From positions 1 through 31,259 of the IMG/VR virus record IMGVR_UViG_3300020044_005901: 31,259 bases of DNA; one strand, 5' to 3'. The position numbers and the translations under genes are program-made. Under the pieces are notes generated by a model, which searched no databases, was not told the origin of the DNA, and saw only the letters and a list, made by a program, of their open reading frames with translations. This document shows positions 17,777-24,177 of this stretch, one piece after another (positions within the stretch are counted from its first letter, which is position 1; every line of letters begins with the position of its first letter). Source of the stretch: a virus. Lineage: Duplodnaviria; Caudoviricetes.

Positions 17777-17782
17777 TGAGGC

Positions 17783-17928
17783 CATACACAGCGGTGATCG
17801 TTTTGCCATCGTGCAGACCTAAGTTTCGCGGACTGCGGTCAATCGGTACGATCATCGGTGTGTATACACCCCGCTAGTCTGACTCCTTGACAGCGGTTTC
17901 CCCAGGTCATGTGATCTGGGGGTTTTTT
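17783..17928 (+). ncRNA. Structured leader or small RNA at the start of the rightward arm
   Basis: 17-bp stem (17784-17801 with 17848-17865, one mismatch) starting at the predicted TSS, followed by a second hairpin and a terminator. Confidence 0.5.
17900..17928 (+). terminator. Intrinsic terminator
   Basis: CCCCAGGTC-ATGT-GATCTGGGG followed by GTTTTTT. Confidence 0.7.
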
Positions 17929-17946
17929 AAGGACAAAGGAAAAATC

Positions 17947-18129
17947 ATGAACGTACAAATAACAATTGACAGCGAAACACTCGCGGAAATCTTGGCAGAA
18001 ATGAAAAGCGGTGTAGCCCGTTTGCGCGGCCAGCGAATTGAGTTTTGCGATAAGCGCATGGCAGCAGCTTTAGAGCGTTGCATGGGTGAATTGCAAGAAG
18101 CAGCAGAACAAGGAGTTAAACATGAGTAA
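17947..18129 (+). CDS. Hypothetical protein (60 aa)
   Basis: ATG 17947 with an AAGGA RBS. The track start at 17887 crosses the terminator. Confidence 0.65.
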   Translation: MNVQITIDSETLAEILAEMKSGVARLRGQRIEFCDKRMAAALERCMGELQEAAEQGVKHE

Positions 18130-18220
18130 CGACACAAAAGAACGTATCAAAGACTACACCCTTGCAATCATCATTGGTGTGGCATTGGCAACAATCCTTT
18201 TTTATGGGTTATCAAAATGA
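18122..18220 (+). CDS. Small membrane protein (32 aa)
   Basis: Not in the track. MSNDTKERIKDYTLAIIIGVALATILFYGLSK, with an AGGAG RBS and an ATGA overlap downstream. Confidence 0.7.
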   Translation: MSNDTKERIKDYTLAIIIGVALATILFYGLSK

Positions 18221-18462
18221 CGGACAAAACATCACAGCCAATCGCATGGATGTGGATAAACAAAGAAACAAACAAACAAGGTGTTTACTTTGAAGACCCT
18301 GCTAATTTTTATGACATGAGCAAACAATCAAATTACATATGGCAACCACTGTATTTAAAACCAACATCCCTGCCAGATGCCATCACAGACAACAGTGAAA
18401 GCCCTGAATTTCGGGCAGGTTGGAATGAATGCCGTGAAGTTATGGCGGGGATGATGAAATGA
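18217..18462 (+). CDS. Hypothetical protein, divergent member of the modular QEPVA-type family
   Basis: QPIAW...QPLY...PDAITDNSESPEFRAGWNECR. Confidence 0.65.
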   Translation: MTDKTSQPIAWMWINKETNKQGVYFEDPANFYDMSKQSNYIWQPLYLKPTSLPDAITDNSESPEFRAGWNECREVMAGMMK

Positions 18463-18686
18463 AAAAACAAATGACAAACTGGTTTCCAGGAAAAATTAAG
18501 CCTATTCATAAAGGGGTTTATCAAGTCCGTGAAAAAGGCTTCCCTATGGAAGTACGCTTCTCATTTTGGAATGGAAATTTTTGGGGGTTCTATGAAGATT
18601 CTCTGAGCGATGCAAAACGCTCAAAATCGAATCCTTTTGCAGATCAAAGCAAACAATGGCGCGGCTTTACGGAGAAACAGAAATGA
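18459..18686 (+). CDS. Conserved phage hypothetical protein
   Basis: MTNWFPGKIKP..KGVYQ...FWNG..W...QWRG framework, coupled to its neighbours. Confidence 0.7.
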   Translation: MKKQMTNWFPGKIKPIHKGVYQVREKGFPMEVRFSFWNGNFWGFYEDSLSDAKRSKSNPFADQSKQWRGFTEKQK

Positions 18687-18781
18687 TGACCATTTTTTAC
18701 GTATACCGTTTCAAGCGCCGCAACGGAATGCCTCGCATCCATGCGCTAAAACAAGCAATTCAAGCAGCTTTGCGCCCGTAA
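18683..18781 (+). CDS. Small basic protein (32 aa)
   Basis: Not in the track. MMTIFYVYRFKRRNGMPRIHALKQAIQAALRP, with a GGAG RBS and an ATGA overlap. Confidence 0.55.
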   Translation: MMTIFYVYRFKRRNGMPRIHALKQAIQAALRP

Positions 18782-18782
18782 T

Positions 18783-18815
18783 TGTCAGCGCCTAGTAAGT
18801 TTCGAAGAACAAAAT
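18783..18815 (+). promoter_or_regulatory. GTMAG-box promoter upstream of erf
   Basis: TGTCAG-CGCCTA-GTAAG-N10-CAAAAT. Confidence 0.75.
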
Positions 18816-18837
18816 ACAGCTTTCAATAGGAGAAATC

Positions 18838-19455
18838 ATGAACGTATATCAAAAACTCAATGCGGCCCGTGACAAGTTTCACAGCCAGGAACTGAAGAAA
18901 TCAGGCCACAACAAGTTTGCGGGTTACAAGTATTTTGAGCTTGGCGACTTCATCATCCCGGCTTTGAACATCTTTAAAGAAGTTGGCTTGACAGGTGTTG
19001 TTACTTTTGGCACGGATGCCGCACACATTAGCATCATTGACAACGACAAGCCTGAAGATCGCATCATCATCAGCAGCCCCATGTCTACAGCCGCCTTAAA
19101 GGGTTGCCATGAGGTGCAAAACCTTGGCGCGGTACAAACCTACTTACGCAGGTACTTGTGGGTTGCTGCCCTCGAAATTGTTGAACACGATGCCATTGAT
19201 TCAGCGCCAGCAAAAGAAAAAGAGAAAGTTATCATCACCCCCTCACAAGGTATTGCAGACCTCATGTCACCAGAGGAAATGCAGTATTTTCAAGAATTAG
19301 CGGTTGAGTTGATCGCTATCGTGGCAGACGGTAATCCAAAACAAGCATTGACACGGCTTGACTCGGAAAACCTAGAAAGTGACCAGAAGGTCTGTTTGTG
19401 GTCGATGCTCGATAGCAAAACACGCAGTGCGATAAAAAAAGCAAAAGAGCTGTAA
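18838..19455 (+). CDS. erf: ERF-family single-strand annealing recombinase
   Basis: LKKSGHNKFAGYKYFELGD...QNLGAVQTYLRRYLW.AALEIVEHD is the ERF signature. Confidence 0.88.
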   Translation: MNVYQKLNAARDKFHSQELKKSGHNKFAGYKYFELGDFIIPALNIFKEVGLTGVVTFGTDAAHISIIDNDKPEDRIIISSPMSTAALKGCHEVQNLGAVQTYLRRYLWVAALEIVEHDAIDSAPAKEKEKVIITPSQGIADLMSPEEMQYFQELAVELIAIVADGNPKQALTRLDSENLESDQKVCLWSMLDSKTRSAIKKAKEL

Positions 19456-19487
19456 GTCAGCACCGTGTAAGCAAACACCAATAAACT
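19456..19487 (+). promoter_or_regulatory. GTMAG-box promoter upstream of the SSB-like gene
   Basis: GTCAG-CACCGT-GTAAG-N10-TAAACT. Confidence 0.75.
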
Positions 19488-19510
19488 TAAGTTTTAACCA
19501 AGGAAATCAA

Positions 19511-19771
19511 ATGGCATACGACAATCAAAATTCAGGCGCAATTTTCCGCAACGAAAAAAAGCAAACAGACTCACATCCTGACTACACCGGATCAATCAAC
19601 GTCAACGGTGTTGATATGTGGGTGTCTGGATGGCTTAAAACCAGCGAAAAGACGGGAAAAAAGTTCATGTCCTTGTCAGTCAAGGCAAAGGAAGAAAAAG
19701 CCCCTCAAAAGCCCGTTAAACAAGCGCCAAAGCCTGTTGAATTCGACATTGATAGCGATTGCCCATTTTGA
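19511..19771 (+). CDS. Small ssDNA-binding-like protein (DUF736-like)
   Basis: GAIFRNEKK...HPDYTG...VSGW...KFMSLSV with an acidic/aromatic tail DIDSDCPF, next to erf. Confidence 0.7.
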   Translation: MAYDNQNSGAIFRNEKKQTDSHPDYTGSINVNGVDMWVSGWLKTSEKTGKKFMSLSVKAKEEKAPQKPVKQAPKPVEFDIDSDCPF

Positions 19772-19773
19772 CC

Positions 19774-20124
19774 ATGAAACTAACACCACCAACCAGCGGG
19801 CCTGGTTCACAAATGGGCACTAAGTCCCGCGCCATTCTTGAATGCTTGCGGAAAAACGGCAAACTGAACTGTCTTGATCTTGAGATGAAACTAAATATCG
19901 GAAATCTCAGGATTACGATTAATCGAATGTACGGTTTGGGTTACATCAAGAATCCAATCGGGATTGCTGGAATGTACGAAATCACCAAAGCTGGTCGTGT
20001 TGCATTGGGTGAAGCACTTGAGATTAAATCTTCAGGTGTGAATCGTATCTGTAACGGAACAATGACAAGCATTTACAACCCTGCAACAGATGGCATTAGC
20101 CGTGTCGGATTGGCTAGGGTATGA
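19774..20124 (+). CDS. Putative winged-HTH protein
   Basis: AILECLRKNGKLN..DL...LRITINRMYGLGYI...YEITKAGRVAL. Start is uncertain. Confidence 0.55.
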   Translation: MKLTPPTSGPGSQMGTKSRAILECLRKNGKLNCLDLEMKLNIGNLRITINRMYGLGYIKNPIGIAGMYEITKAGRVALGEALEIKSSGVNRICNGTMTSIYNPATDGISRVGLARV

Positions 20125-20225
20125 AGTCCTTGTTAAAGATAATCGGTTTTTTCTTTATTAAGGGAATAGCTGGATTAGCTTTTATTAGCTCAATTGCTTA
20201 CTTAATCCACATCAACGCAAAATGA
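20121..20225 (+). CDS. Small membrane protein (34 aa)
   Basis: Not in the track. MKSLLKIIGFFFIKGIAGLAFISSIAYLIHINAK, with ATGA overlaps on both sides. Confidence 0.6.
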   Translation: MKSLLKIIGFFFIKGIAGLAFISSIAYLIHINAK

Positions 20226-20410
20226 CACCATTACAGCCTGATTCTTTGCGATGCCGACCCGATACAGTAGACCACTATTGTAAAAACTGTCGGGCATGGG
20301 CAGACCATCCAGAACAAACACCCAATGACGGACGGATAATGCTTGCCACAGGTAGCAGAGATCAGGCTTGTTTTTATATGCCAGTGTCAGCAATCATCAA
20401 CGAAAGGTAG
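20222..20410 (+). CDS. Small Cys-containing hypothetical protein
   Basis: 62 aa with RC...CKNCR...C, coupled to the upstream ORF. Confidence 0.6.
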   Translation: MTPLQPDSLRCRPDTVDHYCKNCRAWADHPEQTPNDGRIMLATGSRDQACFYMPVSAIINER

Positions 20411-20412
20411 AT

Positions 20413-20724
20413 ATGACACCCAAAGAATCTATTGCCGCGCAAATTGAAGGGCAAGCCCGTTCAGCACAGGTGCAGGAGCCTGTGGCGTGGGGTATGCCCG
20501 GAAAAGACGGATTTATCTTTGATGTGATCTGTCCTGAAGAACACACTCGCGAAGAAGGTGGTTATACAGTTCCCCTCTACACCACCCCACCCGCAGCACA
20601 GCGGCAATGGGCAAAGCTATCTGATTACATAAATGATGCTTCAATTAATGCCAGCGATCTACCTCATGTTGTTATTGAAAAACTTCAATTTGCGATTGAT
20701 AAAAAACATGAGCCACGCAAATAA
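20413..20724 (+). CDS. Modular 'QEPVA' family hypothetical protein C
   Basis: MTPKES...VQEPVAW...PLYTTPPAAQRQW. AAGG RBS before ATG 20413. Confidence 0.7.
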   Translation: MTPKESIAAQIEGQARSAQVQEPVAWGMPGKDGFIFDVICPEEHTREEGGYTVPLYTTPPAAQRQWAKLSDYINDASINASDLPHVVIEKLQFAIDKKHEPRK

Positions 20725-20733
20725 ACTGATTAT

Positions 20734-20765
20734 TGTCAGCACCGTGTAAGCCAACTAGAGATAAT
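20734..20765 (+). promoter_or_regulatory. GTMAG-box promoter upstream of 20772
   Basis: TGTCAG-CACCGT-GTAAG-N9-GATAAT. The ATG is only 6 nt downstream, so the mRNA is possibly leaderless. Confidence 0.65.
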
Positions 20766-20771
20766 TGAGCC

Positions 20772-20960
20772 ATGAAAACAATTGAACAAAAAGAACAGGC
20801 AGCGGCTGAATTCGTCATTCAAAACGCATACCATCATGTCATGGGGTACGCTAAACCAGAAGACATTGAAGCCGCTACCGTTGGGCTTTTGTGGGCCGCT
20901 TTTGAATTGGAAGCTAAAAGATTTGGGCTTTCGGAATGGAAAGGCTTAGAATTGAACTGA
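20772..20960 (+). CDS. Hypothetical protein
   Basis: 62-aa ORF, the last CDS of the rightward arm. Confidence 0.6.
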   Translation: MKTIEQKEQAAAEFVIQNAYHHVMGYAKPEDIEAATVGLLWAAFELEAKRFGLSEWKGLELN

Positions 20961-21037
20961 CCAATGGGGAACACCGCCCGATCAGCCCCTTGTAAGGGTA
21001 GACTTAAAACGTCTGGTGTGACTGCTGGAAAGACAGC

Positions 21038-21150
21038 ACCATCATATTAGCGGAATGCGTAGGCTGATGCGTGGGCGAATATCCAGATCCACCGCTTTTA
21101 AGCGCAATGGTTCAAGCCAGAGATCAGCACTGGCCCGCTAATATGATGGT
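21038..21150 (+). ncRNA. tRNA-like structured ncRNA candidate with kissing loops
   Basis: A perfect 16-bp closing stem ACCATCATATTAGCGG/CCGCTAATATGATGGT encloses hairpins whose loops, GGCTGAT and AGATCAGCA, are complementary. Confidence 0.6.
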
Positions 21151-21256
21151 CGCTTAGGTCTTAGCCGCCTAGGTATTCATTAACCATGCGTGTATTACAC
21201 GCTTCGGCGTTGTGACGGATTTGCAAACAAGAAGCCCTGCTTTATGGACAAGGCCA

Positions 21257-21712
21257 TCAACCTAAACCGTTCGTGTAGACAACTTTGCCGTTTACCTTTG
21301 TAGCGGTCAAACATTGCTTTTTCAGGTTGTCCTTAACGTAGGAAGTATGCACCCAACCTGCGCGTGGGTCTGTCGGTGAGTAAAATTCCAAGATTACTTG
21401 CGTAAAGTCTAGGTTGTCAGCAATCCATTGGGCTAACTCTAGATTCGACACAGAGCACTCAATATCAGCCGCGCACCCTGACATATGGTCGGAGATTTTT
21501 GCCCCGTTTACGGCATCATTTAAAGCCTTTGAACGGTATCCAGACGATACATTGACCTGCCCAAAGTGGTCGCGGATAGGTTGCAGCACGTTTTCGCAAA
21601 GAAGCTGAAGATTCTTTTGAATAAACGGATCTGGCGTGTTGTCAATGCCACGGCGCAAAGCCTCTTGGCTTTTTGTCATCTCAGCCAATGTGAAGTTTTT
21701 TGACAGGTTCAT
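21257..21712 (-). CDS. Endolysin, peptidase M15 family
   Basis: MNLSKNFTLAEMTKS...GIDNTP...SSGYRS..LN.AVNGA..SDHMSGCAAD...WVH, with the Zn-binding His/Asp/His residues. Confidence 0.9.
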   Translation of the reverse strand: MNLSKNFTLAEMTKSQEALRRGIDNTPDPFIQKNLQLLCENVLQPIRDHFGQVNVSSGYRSKALNDAVNGAKISDHMSGCAADIECSVSNLELAQWIADNLDFTQVILEFYSPTDPRAGWVHTSYVKDNLKKQCLTATKVNGKVVYTNGLG

Positions 21713-22113
21713 TTTTTAGCCTTCATGTCCATGATCTTTTCAAGGGTGCGGCCACCAAAATAAAAACTCATGACCAACATACCCCACTGCCCTAAAAGCT
21801 CTACAAAGGAATCAGCAATGTCCAGCACAGAGGCATCCAGCACCGCCAGCAAAAGGTAAGCGACAAGGATGTAAACCAGCGTCAAAGGCCGAATGTTCTT
21901 AGACAGCCAAGAATCCGAAGCCATGTCCGATTTATGGCGATCAGACAAGTTGTTTTGCTCAGTCTTGTAAAGCTCAGTCTCGTTAGCCATTGCAGCTAAT
22001 TCGCCGCTTTGTGCCATCTCTGCCAGCTTCATTTGCGCTTCGGCTTTTTGCGCTTCATCTGGGAAAAACTTATCGAGTAATTTCCCGGCAAATGGTAAAA
22101 GTGCTGCAATCAT
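21709..22113 (-). CDS. Holin (3TM/GTA-holin-like)
   Basis: LLDKFFPD..QKAEAQ.KL...SDSWLSKNIRPL + TM helices + FYFGGRTLEK, adjacent to the endolysin. Confidence 0.8.
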   Translation of the reverse strand: MIAALLPFAGKLLDKFFPDEAQKAEAQMKLAEMAQSGELAAMANETELYKTEQNNLSDRHKSDMASDSWLSKNIRPLTLVYILVAYLLLAVLDASVLDIADSFVELLGQWGMLVMSFYFGGRTLEKIMDMKAKK

Positions 22114-22328
22114 TCTTCATCCTTTTTCATGTCTGCTTCGACTTTGACGTTAACAGTCACATTGGTTACAGCAGTCAAAACCAACTGCCCAAGCCACTGA
22201 ACAAAACTCATTTTCACCATTGCTGCGCCGTTTCCATCCATGTCCTGCGCTTCTTCGGGTAAATCCGGCTTTGCCGTAGTGCAAGCCACCACAATACACG
22301 CAGCCGGAATTATCCAAAGTTTAGACAT
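22110..22328 (-). CDS. Putative lipoprotein in the lysis cassette
   Basis: MSKLWIIPAACIVVA-C lipobox-like signal, coupled to the holin. Confidence 0.5.
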   Translation of the reverse strand: MSKLWIIPAACIVVACTTAKPDLPEEAQDMDGNGAAMVKMSFVQWLGQLVLTAVTNVTVNVKVEADMKKDEE

Positions 22329-22479
22329 CTTTGGGTTTTGCTTCCATTACCGCTTCCATGACTGCCTCTATTACTTCTTCTTTTGGCGGTTGACTTGCCA
22401 TAACCACTTCAATTTCTTCAGGCGTCATGTCACGCTCTGTTACTTGACCAGTTTGCATGTTTGATTCAATGACTTTCAT
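22321..22479 (-). CDS. Small tail-fibre-associated protein (52 aa)
   Basis: Not in the track. MKVIESNMQTGQVTERDMTPEEIEVVMASQPPKEEVIEAVMEAVMEAKPKDV, directly after the tail fibre with a GAGG RBS. Confidence 0.7.
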   Translation of the reverse strand: MKVIESNMQTGQVTERDMTPEEIEVVMASQPPKEEVIEAVMEAVMEAKPKDV

Positions 22480-22481
22480 GG

Positions 22482-24002
22482 TCAGCCCTCGTACAAAATG
22501 TTGATGGTTCCTGCATCAAAGGTGTCAGTGCCGTTGGCCGCGGTGATACGTACACGGTCAAGGACGCTGGATGTGGTTTTTGAGCCACCACCGAAGAATG
22601 CGATTGCTGCGCTCGTGCCAACTACGCTAGACGCCACCCAAAGGTTACCGCTGACGTTTGTGATGACCATGTGCCCGGTGTGCGTGGTTACAGCGGATGC
22701 GCCAGTATTAACTAAGAACCCGGCATTTCCTGTAATTGCACCAGCAACGTTGCCTGTCTGAGAATAAGCCGTTGAGGAAGAATATCCCGTGGTTTCAACA
22801 GAGCCTGCACCGATCTGAACCTGAATTGCGCTTGTTCCGTTCGTGCTTACCCCATTGAACATCACCGTGATCCGCTTGACCCAAGAAGGGATGCCAATGA
22901 AGTCGATCGCAGTGCCGCTTGTGCTGTTAACAGCCGTTCCACTTGAAATGCTTCCACTACCAGAAACTGTAACTTGACGGATTTGACCGCCAATGCCTTG
23001 AATCTTGCTTGGAGCCGTTGCCCATGTTCCAGCCGTGGCTTGTGTGCTCTCAATGTAGCCAACAATACGGAAAGGTACGTTTGTTCGTGCTGTAGTTGAG
23101 TAGATAACTGTGGCACTGTCTGAAGCTGCGTCCAAAACAGTCGTGCTAATCAAGGTTGATTCATCCAGCGACAAAGACCCATTACAAACTGCAAGCTCAA
23201 CCGTTCCTGCATTGTCCAAAGCAATCAAAGTCACTTTAGACAAGACGGCGTTAGTTGTCCCCAAAGTAGCGCCAGAAGGAACTACAGCACTGATAGCAGT
23301 TGAAATCGTGCGGGTGTTTACCGTACCGTTTCCAAGCGTTGCCGAACGGAAATCAAGCGCCGTAGGGTTAAGACTAACCGTCAGAGCATTAGAAGCCACT
23401 GATCCCGTTACAGGCTCAATCTTGCTTGTTTGGCTTTGCGGCGAAACAGATCCGGGTACAGCGTTTTTCTGATACGCCGTAACAATCCATTTATCCGCTG
23501 TGCCCAAAGTAGCACCAGGAATGGCAATTAGCACATCACCCGCAGCAGTCGTAATGTTTGCACCACCCGGAAGAACCAGAGTGCTTGAGTTTGTCAGAGT
23601 AACCGCGCCTTCAAAAACAAGGAACCGTGGCCCTTTGTAATTTGAACCAAACGAGGTGATTGTGGTGTTGCCAGTTACACGCAAAAAGTTGGTGTTCTGT
23701 GCGCCAATGTCTGTAGTGGCAGCAGAGGCAATGTCGGCCATCGTGCCTTGGTTAAAAAGCTGCTGAAAGGCCAAAGCCTCACCAGTGCCAGCGCCAGCAG
23801 TTAGACCCGTGATTTTGTTGTTGCCAAGTTGCAGATTTCCAGTTAGGGGGCTTTGCCCATCACGCGAAACAGATTGCGTGATTGCTGCTGCAACGTCATT
23901 GATTAAAGATTGCCAGTCACCACTAGCGGCGAGATTTCCTGAAATTGCTGGATTCCAACTGTTTGTAACTAGTGAAAAATCACCAACGCCGTTTCTTGGC
24001 AT
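22482..24002 (-). CDS. Tail fibre protein
   Basis: MPRNGVG.FSL...NDVAAAITQSVSRDGQSPLTGNLQLGNNKITGL podovirus fibre anchor, IASAATTDIGA segment, and a C-terminal STSGTAIDF.GIPSWVKRITVMF...FDAGTINILYE head. Confidence 0.85.
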   Translation of the reverse strand: MPRNGVGDFSLVTNSWNPAISGNLAASGDWQSLINDVAAAITQSVSRDGQSPLTGNLQLGNNKITGLTAGAGTGEALAFQQLFNQGTMADIASAATTDIGAQNTNFLRVTGNTTITSFGSNYKGPRFLVFEGAVTLTNSSTLVLPGGANITTAAGDVLIAIPGATLGTADKWIVTAYQKNAVPGSVSPQSQTSKIEPVTGSVASNALTVSLNPTALDFRSATLGNGTVNTRTISTAISAVVPSGATLGTTNAVLSKVTLIALDNAGTVELAVCNGSLSLDESTLISTTVLDAASDSATVIYSTTARTNVPFRIVGYIESTQATAGTWATAPSKIQGIGGQIRQVTVSGSGSISSGTAVNSTSGTAIDFIGIPSWVKRITVMFNGVSTNGTSAIQVQIGAGSVETTGYSSSTAYSQTGNVAGAITGNAGFLVNTGASAVTTHTGHMVITNVSGNLWVASSVVGTSAAIAFFGGGSKTTSSVLDRVRITAANGTDTFDAGTINILYEG

Positions 24003-24032
24003 AGCAGTCCTCTATAAGGTTGTTTGCGCTAT

Positions 24033-24060
24033 TTTACATTGCAACCGATTCTGATACAAT
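24033..24060 (+). promoter_or_regulatory. Sigma70-type promoter of HNH gene 3
   Basis: TTTACA-N16-TACAAT with an extended -10 TG. Confidence 0.55.
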
Positions 24061-24067
24061 GCATATA

Positions 24068-24166
24068 GGCTTTGGTTTGGGGTGTAAGAGACCCGTACAA
24101 ATCAAAGCCATTGGCCTACCCCTAGTGCGTCACGCTCTTACCGTGATTCGCTAGGGGTTTTTCTTT
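24068..24166 (+). ncRNA. Two-hairpin kissing-loop leader/attenuator
   Basis: The hairpin 1 loop GTAAGAG (24084-24090) is the exact reverse complement of the hairpin 2 loop CTCTTAC (24135-24141). Hairpin 2 is followed by a T-run. Confidence 0.65.
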
Positions 24167-24177
24167 GGGGAATCCAT

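Noticed and set aside
21038-21150. Canonical tRNA
   Set aside because: There is no TTC T-loop, 7-nt anticodon loop or CCA, and the closing stem is 16 bp. It is kept only as a tRNA-like ncRNA candidate.
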